A stretch of 64,000 nt of DNA from Octopus sinensis (GCF_006345805.1 NC_043001.1:28024001-28088000); one strand, 5' to 3'. Positions 41,546-55,178 are shown, numbered from the stretch's first letter. Program-made: numbers and translations. The notes: generated from the letters alone by a model not told the origin.

Positions 41546-42438
41546 GTATGAATTGTGCGTGTTAATATTTGAAAGTAAACAAATGCATTGATGAACGAAT
41601 AACTAGGTATTACACTGTTATACCTGCATCTGAAGGTGATATATTCCGTGAGAAATTAGCCACATTTATATTTTCACCTCAACTATGTAACAATAAAAAT
41701 AATTGCCAGGACATAGTGACATCTGAATGAAAAATTAATCACGTCCCTACTCAACAGCATTGAGTTCGAATCCCGCCTTTTGGCGTTTTCTCTGTCCTTT
41801 CAGTAACATATTTCATATGTTTGTTGTTCTTTAGACCTTGATCGACCTAGATTGAGCAGAAGTATGGTCATAGACCTTCCAGGCAAGACAATCCACTCTT
41901 TTTTTTTTTTTTTTTTTTTTGTAAGATACAGCACAACGTGTGTTTCCATTTTGAGATGGTTGGATATAAATTATGGGAATTTGCTATCTGTAGCAGGTCG
42001 AGCGATCCCACAGACGTTCCCGCTATATATCTTCATCGGATATATGTAGACAATGCAGGTCAACAGGAAAGACAACACACCAAATGGAAAGAAAGAGAGT
42101 GAAAGAGGCAAAGAGTGAGAAGCTCACGTTGTTGTTTACAAAAGGATTGATACGGTTTAGTTATGTAATAAGGCCACACAATTATTACGTATCGCGTGTT
42201 TTGTGCTAGACTACGAGGTGCACTGCCTAAGTGGTGGAGGATCTCTCAGACCTATGAAAATGCAGCGTTACTGCTTGTAACAACGGACGGCAGAGCATCC
42301 GATTGAGAAGGGTGACGTCGGTCCAGCTGACAAGGAGACAGCGATAGTCTAGTGAGAAACTGTGTGATAACAAATTCATCAATCATCCTGTTTTGTGCTT
42401 TCTTTTCCTTTCTGTGCTTCTTTCTGCCCACCTCGGTC

Positions 42439-42499
<61 letters not shown>

Positions 42500-42622
42500 C
42501 ATCTATCTACCTATCTGTTTGTCTGTCTGCCTGTCTGTCTGCCTGCCTGCCTGCCTGTTTGCCTGTCTGTCTGTTTGTCTTTCTGTCTGTCTGATTGTCT
42601 GTCTCTGTTTCTCTTCCTCTCC

Positions 42623-42658
<36 letters not shown>

Positions 42659-42989
42659 CTGTTGTCTGTCTGTCTGTCTGTCTGTCTGTCTAATTGTCTA
42701 TCTGACTGTCTGATTGTCTGTCTCTGTCTCTCTTTCTTACTCTCTTCCTCACCCCCTCTCTCTCTATCTATCTATTTACACGTCTATCTATCTATTAGCC
42801 TATCTGTTTATTTCTCTCTCTCTTTCTTACTCTCACTTTCTGTTTATCTCTTTCTATCTGTCAGTCTGTCTGCCTGTCTGCCTGTCTGTCTGTCTCTGTC
42901 TGTCTGTCTGTCTGTATGTCTGTATGTATGTATGTATGTATGTATGTATGTATGTATATATATATGTATGTTAATCTATCTATCTATCC

Positions 42990-43079
<90 letters not shown>

Positions 43080-44759
43080 ATATCTGTCTATCTATCTATC
43101 TTATCTATCTATCCACCTGTCTTTCTCTTTCCTATGCACGTAACTTCTTGCAATCTCTCCAATTTCCTTTAGCTTCTCCATTTCCGCCATGTTCATTACT
43201 CACTTAAGCAGACTCCTTTTTTCTCTCCCTCTCGTCATCCCAGAGACGTCAAACACTTATCTTCTACGGGATTAGATGTAATCTGTTAGATTAAGATAAT
43301 TGAGTCTTAATCCAATTGACAAGATTTACCTCGACGTCCAAGAGTCGTCTTTTAGCAAGCAGCTTACCATTCCATGTGGATATGTGCGTGCGCTTGCGTG
43401 CGCGTCGTATGTGGTATGTGTGCGTACATACGTGCGTGTTTGCGTGCGTTCGTGTCTGCGCTGGTACACACACACACACCCTTGAACACACACATGCACA
43501 CACACACCCTTGAACACACACATGCACACACACACACGTTTGTATATATTTCTATATATATGCGTCCGTGCTTCTATTTGTGTTTTTGTTTTTCTGTATG
43601 CTCGTGTATGCTGATGTATGCATTTGTCAGACTATATATGTATGTATATACTTCTGATCATCTTCTTGCATGTGTGTTTCAGCATGTGTGCGTGCGCCTG
43701 TGCTTACTTGTATCTCAGTGTGTGTGTATCCGTGTATTTATCTATGTGTTTGTATGCGTGTAAATTTATATGCTGCTGCATGTAATGGCAATATTTGAGT
43801 AGTGTACATGTATGAATATGCTTGTATTTGCTTCTATATTTGTGTGTGCCTGCATGTGTATTATAAGCCTATGTTGGGTGTGTATGCAGCCATGTGTGTG
43901 CTTTTCTATACTGATTCATGTGTCAATAATAAAAATGTGTGTATAAATCTGTTTGCGTTTCATTTTATGTTATGTGTGTGTATATGTGTGTTTGTGTGTG
44001 CGGGAGAGTTCTCGTGCATGTACTACTGTTATGTATCTGCATAACATTTTGCATTTGTCTATGTTTGTATTTATGTATATGTTTATAGGTTTTGTATGTG
44101 CATGTGTGTAGTGTAGAAGTTATCGTTTAGCTGAGGTCAACCGAGATTGAGAAGATGATCAAAGTATTCCAGTCTTGACCAAGCCATGTTATTTTCGAGT
44201 AACACATCATCATTATGACCTAAAATTTCCTCTTCTCTTTTTAAGAAGGTAGCATGCAATTTAAGGGGATTTCAACTGCTTTCTCTAACATATCAAAAAC
44301 CATATAAAGTATCACACCACAATTTATACCTTTTTGACCTTGGCATGTGTTTGCGCTAGAGTTAATAATAACATAATATAGGTTTGAAATTTTAGCACAA
44401 GGCCAGCAATTTTGCAAATCGATTACATCGACCCCAGCGCTCAACTGGTACTTATTTTATCGAGCCCGAAATGATGAAAGGCAAAGTCTATCTCGACCAA
44501 ATTTACCCAGTTGGATATTGTCGAATTTTATTTTTCGACCTCTACTCTTAGGCAACCTGAACTTGCTGAGATATTTAATGATATAGATGATAATGAAATA
44601 GCTAATACTACGTTTGCTATGTAAAGATTACTCATTGACAAAGGATTCTATCGGGTCAAACCCCAGACCCAACAAGTTCTTTCGCCTAAGAATAGGAATG
44701 TCATGTTAGCGCAGGGATATACGATTCTGTCGGTCTATGTATATCCTAAAATAAATAAA

Positions 44760-45008
44760 CGCGCCCTTTTAAAGCCTAGCCAGGCTCATGGGCCCGGTTT
44801 CCTAGTTTCTATGGCGTATGTGTTCCCCAGCTTGACGGGACTCCAGTCCATCGCAGCGTTACTCATTTTTACCAGCTGAGTGGACTGGAACAACGTGAAA
44901 TGAAGTGTTTTGCTCAAGAACACAACGCGTCGCCCGGTCCAGGAATCGAAACCATAATCTTACGATCATGATGCTGATATCCTATCCACTAAGCCACGCA
45001 CTTCCACA
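44760..45008 (-). mobile_element. SINE family D
   Basis: Reverse complement of 39101..39330. Confidence 0.88.
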
Positions 45009-45129
45009 TGTATTTCCTAGCTAAACTAAAAAAAACGGGTAATACAGTTTGGTTTGTATCGTGATGATGGGTTAGATATATCCCGACATGCCACCAGACA
45101 TACTTTAGATGCATTTAAAAGGAGAAAAT

Positions 45130-45760
45130 ACAAGCATCGTAATTTCTTAGACGTAATATTTTAACCACAATCATATATAATCTCATTAGCAAACGGAAAA
45201 GCCGCATTCATTAATACAGCCTCCTGCCATCCACCCTTACGTTTTAAACATACTTAATATTTGAATATCAGCAGAAGAACATTTAATCTGATTTCGGATA
45301 AAAATATAATATCTAATATCTAATATAATATCTAATTTAATATCTAATATATCTAATATTACTAAAACATTCTGTTATTAATTGATAATCATTTCCGTAT
45401 TATTTACAAAATATCTTACAGAAACAATATTAAACTAAGACTTGCATTAATATTAAGAAGTTAATAACACCCAGACATACTAAACTGCGTTGAATGTAAT
45501 GCGTAAATACTTTGTAGGTAAGACAGAAGTAAATTTAAACGACAGTGCTTCACTCATAGTTATTCCTTCAGACATATAGAAAAGAGGAATGCAATGAGAT
45601 TGTATAATCACGTCTCGCATTTGGGTGAACATGCTACTAATTTCAAATAAAAGTTCAACATCCTTCAAAGATCTACACCATATAAAAGCGGAAATGAAAG
45701 CTGGGATTTAAGTACAGCTGAGAAGTGCCACATACTCAAAATCCTTTACATTTCTATTAC
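45130..45760 (+). pseudogene. Highly decayed Penelope-like element (RT C-terminus and endonuclease remnants)
   Basis: Short translated motifs RNFLDVIF, FINTASCHPP and AEKCHILK occur in the order expected for PLE RT thumb and GIY-YIG regions, with many stops and frameshifts. Confidence 0.55.
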
Positions 45761-45969
45761 TTAAAGATGAAAGATGTTTAAGAAACGTCGCCATTTTGAT
45801 AGGTACCTACTTAAAATAAGAGCGTAATACCAACACCATCAGACAGAAAGAATCTGCACGTAACATTCAGTCCTTATACCACGTTTATTTAACTTTGTGC
45901 GCAGCTGTATTGGTTTTTCCTTTTCTATCTAACACGCTGTCTATGAATTCGGCATTCATTTGACACTTT

Positions 45970-46360
45970 GGCTTGCTAACGAAACACATGGTTCTGAGTT
46001 CAGTCCCACTGCGTGGCACCTTTGGCAGGTGTCTTCTACTATAGCCTCGGGCCGACCAAAAGCCTTGTAAGTAGATTTGGTAGACGGAAACTGAAAGAAG
46101 CCCGTCGTATATATGTATATATATTTATATGTGTGTGTGTATGTTTGTATGTCTGTGTTTGTCCCCCTGGCATTGCTTGACAATCGATGCTGGTCTGTTT
46201 ACGTCCCCGTCACTTAGCGGTTCGGCAAAAGAGACCGATAGAATAACTACTAGGCTTACAAAGAATAAGTCCTGAGGTCGATTTGCTCGACTAAAGGCGG
46301 TGCTCCAGCATAGCCACAGTCAAATGACTGAAACAAGTAAAAGTGTAAAAGAGTAAAGAG
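45970..46360 (+). mobile_element. SINE family B
   Basis: Matches 37744..38155. Confidence 0.88.
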
Positions 46361-46610
46361 TAATCCCGCCGTCAACCAAACTCCGAAACACTCATTTAGT
46401 CTTTGGCGTGGCTTAGAGTGTCGTTGCTGTTGCTTAGATATGCTCGAGCAGACGACATTATCCGAAATGGTATTTGTAATTTCAACACCTTAGGATCAGA
46501 TAAAACGAAAAAAATCAACCGCGTAGAGGTTTTCAAATTCGCATTGCAATTGTCTTGTTTTTTATTTTTTCACTCCATGAATGTTATAACGTTGACGACT
46601 CTAAACTACT

Positions 46611-46657
<47 letters not shown>

Positions 46658-46797
46658 GCAGCAGCAGCAACAGCGGCAGCTGTAGTAGTAATTAGTTGCT
46701 TCACTAAAATTCGTTTCGACGATATGCGTGTGTATGTAGATATGTATGTGCGTGCGTATGTGCGCATGTGTGTGTGTGTATAAACTTACCCGTTGTA

Positions 46798-46828
<31 letters not shown>

Positions 46829-46914
46829 TATATATATATATATACATATTATATGTACATATTTGTATGTATATGTGCTATATATTTATATATTATTTAT
46901 ATTATATTATATAT

Positions 46915-47013
46915 NNNNNNNNNNNNNNNNNNNNNNNNNNNNNNNNNNNNNNNNNNNNNNNNNNNNNNNNNNNNNNNNNNNNNNNNNNNNNNNNNNNNNN
47001 NNNNNNNNNNNNN
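46915..47013. other. Assembly gap (run of N)
   Basis: N bases adjoining a (TA)-rich tract; true length and contiguity are unknown. Confidence 0.99.
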
Positions 47014-47285
47014 NTAGGGTGCTCGTGTCATCCATGTTTTTAACCGTTTACTGTCTCCAAAAAAGATTTTTTCGTTTCATGTTCGTCTCTGTTGCTTTGC
47101 ATTCTTTCCTTCTGTGGCTGGCTGATTCAGAGCGGATCTCAGAATTAAAACAGCCGAAATCTGCATGATGAATCATTTTCTGACTGAAGAACGAAGTCTT
47201 TGAATGCCCGTTTGTCTTTTTGTTCGTCCATTTTCGTGTATTTCACGTTATTTATTTATGTAAAGGTTTATATAATAATATATAA

Positions 47286-47329
<44 letters not shown>

Positions 47330-48394
47330 TGTAGGCCCCTTCATCTCACCATATAAAAAAGAATTTTATTTTAAATATCTACTATTTCATAACTTGGCTA
47401 CACGTGTTCATGAGGTTCCATTTCTCGGTTCCTAAACCACTCCGTGCTCTGCTGGAACCCTTCTTAAAATGTAACTCCAATCATCAGGCCTTTTTATCAT
47501 CGTTAATACTATAAACTATATTTTAATTTTTTTAAACCCATAAGTATGTGCAAAATAGGTACGTGTAAATTAGGTTCCCTGGACCTTACAGTACAAGCCA
47601 TAATTCAGATAAAAATTCAAATAAATATATATATATATATATCTGTCTACGTGAATAAGTTTAACAATCACTTCCAGTGTTAATATAATCGTGTTGATTA
47701 TTAAATCGATCTATGTGCGCGTGCAGACACTCACGCATACACACAAGCACTCACACACACACGAGCATACACACAAAGACAGATACACACATAGTAATAG
47801 ATTGAGAGATGAATTGTAAGAGATAGTGATGAGGCGAGAAATATAGAGAGATATAGTGCGATGGCTTTTATATTGATGGATAAATGTAAACGATTTATTT
47901 TGAAACGGAGTCTGTTCAATACGAAAATTACATCTATCTATTATTGTAAAACACTTCCCCCATATACATATCTGCGTATATGCACATGTATGTATTTGCC
48001 TATATGTGTGTATGTATATGCGTATGTATGGATATGTGTGCGTATTTATATATATGTGTATGTATACATGTTGCTTTCATCCTAACTAGCGGCTTATATT
48101 TTTCTCACCAGACATAAATTCCACTATATACACCGTTTATCTAATCATCCTAGATTAACAATAGACAATCTAGTTACAAATATTTCCTTCAGAATTTCTA
48201 AATTATTGGCGAACGAACAAACTTTTAACGGGAACGCCGAATATTACGACGATGCATTGGAAAGATAAGATGAGGTTCTAAGGATAGGATTAAGTACACG
48301 TCTCCGGTTGAAAATGAATACTATACTAGCAGGATCGATAGTTGCCATGGAAAGAGAGGTAGTAGTAAAGCTCATTCTAATCCAGTTATTACAA

Positions 48395-48451
<57 letters not shown>

Positions 48452-48515
48452 TAATAGTAATGAATAAATCATAAAAATAATAATAATAATAATAGTAATG
48501 ATAATAATAATAATA

Positions 48516-48584
<69 letters not shown>

Positions 48585-48631
48585 TAATAATAATGATAAC
48601 AACAAGAACAACAGCAACAATACTAGCAATA

Positions 48632-48685
<54 letters not shown>

Positions 48686-49346
48686 ATAATAATAATTATA
48701 ATAATCTTTGCTATTCTAGGCACAAGGCCCGAAATCTTGGGGGAGGAGACCAGTCGATTAGATCGACCGCAGTACGCAGCTGGTTCTTAATTTATTGACC
48801 CCGAAAGGATGAAAGGCAAAGTACCAACTTCCTGCAGTCTCAACAAGTGAAATAAAAATAAAAATATAAAAAGAAAGATATGAATAAATACAAAGGCGCA
48901 GATATGGCTGTTTGTTTAAGAAGCTCGCATTGCAGCTATGTGGTTTCAGGGTCAGTCTCACAGAGCAGCACCAAAGACAGGTGGCTTCTACAATAGCCCC
49001 AGGCCGACTGATGTCTTGTGAGTAAATATGGCAGACGGAAACTGGGTGGAAGCCCATCGTATATGTGTGTGTGTCTGATTTTGTGCTTGCGATTCTCTCT
49101 ATCCCACCGCTTGACAGCAAGCGTTAATTTGCTAACGTCTCTGTGAGTTAGCGGTTCAGCAAAAGAGATGACAAATATTTATAAAGCTTAAAAATAAAAT
49201 AGGCCCTGGTGGATGGGTAGAGTGATCTGTTCAACTAGACACTTCAAGACGGTGCCCCAGTATAGCCGCAGTCCAATAACTATATCAAGTAATAGATAAT
49301 AAATGACTACATAAAATGACGTGCAGGGAGATCGAAATTTGGAACT

Positions 49347-50409
49347 TGAGGTACAATACCCCGAAATTTTGGAGGACGGGGGGGGGGCAGTCGATTATTA
49401 GATCGACTCCAGTACACAACTGGTATTTAATTTATCGGACTCGAAAGGATGAAAGGCAAAGTCGACCTCGGCGGAATTTGAACTCAGACGTAACGGCAGA
49501 CAAAATACCCATTTCTTTACTACCCACAAGGAGTTAAACATAGAGATGACAAACAAGGACAGACAAAGAGATTAAGTCGATTACATCGACCCCAGTACGT
49601 AATTGGTACTTATTTAATCGACCCGGAAAGGATGAAAGGCAAAATCGACCTCGGTGGAATTTGAACTCAGAACGTAAAGACAGACAAAATACCTATTTCT
49701 TTACTACCCACAAGGGGTTAACGACAGAGAGGACAAACAAGAACAGACAAACGGATTAAGTCGATTATATCGACCCCAGAAACTGGTACTTATTTAGTCG
49801 ACCCCGAAAGGCGGAAAGGCAAAGTCGACCTCGACGGAATTTGAACTTAGAACGTAGCGGCAGACGAAATACCATTAAACATTTCGCCCGACGTGCTAAC
49901 ATTACTTATTTCTTTATTACCCACAAGAGGATAAACATAGAGGGGACAGACAAACGAATTAAGTCGATTACATCGACCCCAGTGCGTAACTGGTACTTAA
50001 TTTATCAACCCTGAAAGGATGAAAGGCAAAGTCGATCTCGGCGGAATTTGAACTCACAACGCAGAAACAGACAAAATACTGCTTAGCATTTCGCCTGGCG
50101 TGCTAACGTTTCTTATTTCTTTATTGCCCACAAGGGGCTAAACATAGAGGAGACAAACAAGGACAGACAAACTGATTAAGTCGATTACATCGACCCCAGT
50201 GCGTAACTGGTACTTAATTTATCAACCCCGAAAGGATGAAAGGCAAAATCGACCTCGGCGGAATTTGAACTCAGAACGTAACGGCAGACGAAATACCTAT
50301 TTCTTTACTGCCCACAAGAGGCTACACACAGAGGAGACAAACAAGTACAGACGAAATGCCACAAAGCATTTCGCCCGGCGTGCTAACGTTCCTGCCAGCT
50401 CGCCGCCTT
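49347..50409 (-). mobile_element. Head-to-tail tandem array of SINE family A (about 5-6 units of ~190-210 nt)
   Basis: Units restart at tatttcttta(c/t)t(a/g)cccacaag near 49511, 49695, 49907, 50115 and 50298. Confidence 0.92.
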
Positions 50410-50889
50410 TCATAGTCAGTATATTGATTAAATGAAGTTTCACTGTAGATACATGGCAAAATACACGAAAACTATTTAAAACTTATATATGAATAAACGC
50501 ATACTTTGATAACCTCTACCATATTTCTTCCCTTTGGGAAATTCCTTCGGTATCTTCGTTTTACTGATTATCAGTATATTGACCAAATTTCTCATAAATA
50601 TGTAACAATAAATACATTTCGTTTTACAGAGATGATTGTCAGGTAAAAATACTCGCTTTGCAACCATGTAGTTTCGGGTTCAGTCTTACAGGCCGACCAT
50701 TGCCTTGTGAGTGAATTTGTGCGACAGAAACTGTGTAGTTATTGGGAAACCGTGTATATGTGTGTATACGTCCGTATATATATGTATGTGTTTGTGTCTT
50801 TGTATCTGTGTTTGTCACCCGCGACAATCGCTTAACAAGACAACTGGCGTTGTGTTGTTCACTATTTCCCATCAATCAATGCAGCAGTT

Positions 50890-51327
50890 GGATCTTTTCG
50901 GTTTGAACGGCAGTTTTTTCTAGCGGTGTCATATGAAATTGTCACCCATAATTATGACCCTAGTATCGATCTATTGCATTTCAATCTGTTTTAGGGTTAG
51001 GTTTAGTTAGGGTTAGTTAGGGTTCGGGGTGGGGGGAAGGGTATCTTTTTTCTTCAGAAATGTAAATAAACTCAATCTGTTTCTTAAACGAGGGACATAT
51101 CCATACGGCACAGAATGTTTTCACCTCAAATAGACGTCATTGATTGGTTGAAATTGCGGAAATTGAAGAAAAAAAACAACAAATATCTTACAAACTATAG
51201 AATTTTCTCAATAAAGCTAAGAGAAAAAGATGTTTTATAAACACATTCTACCAGTATACGAAGTTTAAAAGTGTTTAGTTACGTGGAAATTATTAAAAAA
51301 AAACTGCCGTTCAAACCGAAAATATCC
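50890..51327. mobile_element. MITE with 30-bp TIRs and 8-bp TSD (hAT-like), inserted in a family B SINE, containing telomere-like repeats
   Basis: TIR ggatcttttcggtttgaacggcagtttttt / aaaaaactgccgttcaaaccgaaaatatcc; flanks cagcagtt and cagcggtt. Confidence 0.85.
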
Positions 51328-52009
51328 CAGCGGTTCGGTAAAAGAATCCGATAGAATAAGTTCCAGACTTAAAAAGTAAAGTAAATACTTGGATCGATTT
51401 GTTCTAATAATAAACACACATCTTCAAGCCGGTTTCCCATCATGGCCGCAATCCACCGACTGAAATAAGAAGCCTGAAATAAGTTAAAGAAGAGGAACAA
51501 GAAGCAAAGCAACTTTTGTATCTATTTTTATATGCGAAAATTATTGTTTTCGTTTTGACTTCGTGATATTAATATGACATCATTACGATAGAAATACAAA
51601 CGGCGTCATAGTTTTCATTTTATGATGACGTGCCACTCACGATGCATTTTCTATTGTTAGTGTTTCCTAGTTACGATGCTTTGAAACAATTTCACCAAGC
51701 TGCAAATGATGTCTTCTCATATTCACGTTGGAACCGCGTTGGTTGATATTTCTGAAAATTAGAAATATCTTTTCGAAATTTCTCAGCGTTCAATCCATTA
51801 CTTTGCAAGAGAAAGAGAAAAACACCCTCTTTGATACAATAACAGAACAAACTGGAAAAATCAACAGAAACGATATTGATAATAATTATGAATTAATATC
51901 TGAGCGAAAGTAAGAACTACAATTTTGATATTAAGAGAAGAGAAAGCATCTATCGTATAAACAAAACAATTAACAATCGTTTCAAAGCAAATTATGTTAG
52001 ATTAAAAAA

Positions 52010-52567
52010 ATGAGCCATCATAGACGGTACTATGGTAATCTTCTGTCACGTATCGATAACGAAGAGGTTGCTCAAATGTTGCCCTGTAATGTAAGAATTA
52101 CGAACAACTCCCCGGAATCATTATCGGATATTGAGAGGCACAGTAATATCGACCTTCGCAATCATTATAAACCTATGAATCTTCCTGATTATTTTGGGTA
52201 TGATGAAGAAAATACAGAAAATGAAAAATGTCACGGTACACTTAACAGACATTGCTCGGATTATAACACTACTCAAATAAGCGTACATCCTGTTTTGACA
52301 AATTACAAGAAGGAATACGTGATACCAAAAGGAAGTATTGAATTAGCTGGGAAAACATATAAGATATATAGCACCGGCTCTCATTTACATGAGACAAAGT
52401 ACGAACCTGTCGTTAAAAGTTCATCACTAACGCAAAAGAATTCAAATACCCCTGACAGTGGATCACTAATTTCTAAAGCTGCTTATTTGGACAGAAATCT
52501 GGATGAAAGCTACCCGAATTTGAGTATTTCGGGCATTAAATGTGATATCGATCTATTAAAACGGTGA
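52010..52567 (+). CDS. Uncharacterised 185-aa ORF; possible single-exon gene or first coding exon
   Basis: Longest non-repetitive ORF besides VAChT. ATG in an A-rich context (aaaaaaATGAGC); hydrophilic, complex sequence with no recognised domain. The stop overlaps a possible weak donor (AAACG|GTGAAG). Confidence 0.5.
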   Translation: MSHHRRYYGNLLSRIDNEEVAQMLPCNVRITNNSPESLSDIERHSNIDLRNHYKPMNLPDYFGYDEENTENEKCHGTLNRHCSDYNTTQISVHPVLTNYKKEYVIPKGSIELAGKTYKIYSTGSHLHETKYEPVVKSSSLTQKNSNTPDSGSLISKAAYLDRNLDESYPNLSISGIKCDIDLLKR

Positions 52568-53889
52568 AGCGAAAAATATTTAAATTTCGATACACTACCA
52601 CCAGCTATAATAATAATGATTGTTTCTAACATAGGCCAGAAACTTCTGAGTAAAAAGTTTATTCGGTAACATGACCGCCATCATCATCCTAATCGTATGA
52701 AAATTATAAAAGGAAAACAGGATGTATTACTTGAAGACTTCTTTCTCCCCTGAATTGGACAGTTCAAGGAACTGCTACACATAATGGATACATTAAAAAA
52801 AATTCAAACATATTCACATTAGTGTACCCTTACTTACATATTCATGTACAAGGATAGAACTGTACTACTGGATCTTAGATTTATGGAGAGCATTGGCTAA
52901 CTAAATAATAAAAGTAAGATCTAACTGCAATCCTTTTGATTCTCGATTTACACACGTTGAATTATCTTATGACACTTATTAAAACACTTGAAAAAAAAGC
53001 ATGGCTATCACACAATACTATTTTCAATTTACTCTAAAATACAAACTGTGTGTAATTTATTAAAAGTTATATAAATTTTGTTTGATTATGGCATTTAATC
53101 AAATGATTAGCTTCTACCTCGTCAATTCCCATTTGAAACTGTCTGATTGGTTACATCAGTTACATTGCTAAATCTTTTGGGAAAAAATCTAAATATCAAT
53201 GAATTCTAACGTTCTTTTATAACACGCTTCTTGCAAGCTCTTAACTCTGTTTCCGTCGTTGGACAGTGGCTATACTTGAACCCCTAGTTGAAGGAAATAT
53301 CACACTCCATTGTTTTTATTATTATCTAAGCAGAGCACAAAGACATATAACGGATAATAACTCGAACATTTTATGTCATATGGAATGACTGGAAAATTTT
53401 ACGCTCTGTTTCAGCATTTGAAGTATGAAATATGAATGCAATGTAGAATATAATTTTAAAAAATGTACCTTTTCTGTTGTACGCGTAATATCTACAGATC
53501 ATTTAATAAATTGATTCTTTTGACATCAACACAAGCCACAACTACGACCGGTTCGATATCGTTACAATATATTCAATAAACTTCAAACAGATTAAATGCC
53601 AAATCAATCAGCACGGGATTTCAACTTAGAAGAGAAGGAGAAAAAAATTCTCGGAGGCAGTCATTTTTAGACTTACTTAAATCGCGGAACCTATTGTACA
53701 AATTTTTAAAAATCACGGAAACCATAACTATATTCCCTGAACAATCTCCGGCACCTTTTAATGTGACATTGATTACATTGATAATTTCATAGGACAGAAT
53801 TTTTTCATATATATATATATGATAGTAATGATGATGATGGTGATGATGTGATGATATATATATATATATAAATATATATATATATATTA

Positions 53890-54101
53890 GGTACTACTTA
53901 AGAAGAGTGGTCCCGGTGCGCGCACTCGCGTACTCGCGCATCCGCGCTAGCTAGTCGTGACTAGTCGATCTTTACTTCGTGTCTTTGTGTTTGATTTACT
54001 TTGGTAGGTAGTCGTTTTAGGATTGACTAGTCACGACTAGCCAGCGCGGATGCTCGAGTAAGCGAGTGCGTGCAGCGGGACCACTCTTCTTAAATAGTAC
54101 C
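53890..54101. mobile_element. Foldback MITE, ~85-bp GC-rich inverted arms
   Basis: ggtactacttaagaagagtggtccc...ctagtcgtgactagtc versus gactagtcacgactag...gggaccactcttcttaaatagtacc. Confidence 0.85.
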
Positions 54102-54485
54102 ATTTATATAAAAATCCGAAAAATCCGACAGTGCTTGATCGTATTCCACCCGATGAAGTGCCTACACATGGTGTTGTCGAAAAGTATTGAACTGTAGAGA
54201 AATTATTAAAATTAATCTGGTGCAATGGTATATCAATATAAACTGAGCAACTTAAAGCTGGTGTGTGGTGCAGAAACAAATGTTGTGTACTACGATTAAA
54301 TCCATTTAATCCTAGTATCTTCCATCCTCCTGTTATATTAGTCTTTTATTAATCTTATCCAAAGAGGAGTTCCACATGCGTATGCAGCTGTGGGATATAT
54401 CCTACTGTAAAATTACAAGTGCTAACCAAATAACAGCATAGGAGGTCATAAATGCACGTTACAAGGTCTTTAACCGAATTATACT

Positions 54486-54518
<33 letters not shown>

Positions 54519-54572
54519 TGTATATATACTAGTGCATGAGACGTTGTTTTATGCTCTGAATATGTGATATTT

Positions 54573-54741
54573 TGCAGCGTGGAAGGTGTTTATAAGCCAT
54601 TTAAGAAACACACAAAACCGTTAGATTCACTTCAACATTTAAATTTAATTTGTTAAAATATTTTCGTCGCTTTGAGACCAGGAACTGTTCACTGACAAAA
54701 CTTCGTGCTGCATCACTCGCTATGCAAGTACATCTCCGTAA
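54573..54741 (-). mobile_element. Second copy of the hammerhead-bearing repeat
   Basis: Reverse complement of 15942..16088, with the stem II arm mutated (ttcct). Confidence 0.6.
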
Positions 54742-55178
54742 ATGTGATATTTTGTTTCGTTGAAATATAGAATTGTGTTCAAAATGAAAGAATGAAGCAA
54801 AAGAAGGTAATGCATTATTGGAATAAAAAGAAACATGTAATAGATAAAAGAATACATTAGTTTTTAAGTTTTTATTTCAATATACAGCGTTCAATATACA
54901 CAAACCAACACAGGAAATGTTGACAATCTATGTCTGTGTAGAGGTGCGTAAGTAGAGGAAGAGCCGATGGGGTGAACCCTCGCCCTAAGAGGTACTTTTA
55001 TAGGGCATGTTCTATTGGATCTGCTGTATAAGCCTTTATAAATGAAGAGGGTGGGACAATGGTGGCAAAGTTAAGGGCTGCCGCGGGAGACAGACATATT
55101 AGCAACGTCATTGCCTGTGCATATATTTCTAGTGAATTTAATATTTTCCTGATTGGGATAACTTTGAGGTCGCCTTGG

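Noticed and set aside
49347-50409. CRISPR-like or retrozyme-like interpretation of the ~200-nt tandem array
   Set aside because: The context is eukaryotic, there are no unique spacers, and no hammerhead core was found in the unit on either strand; the units are SINE copies.
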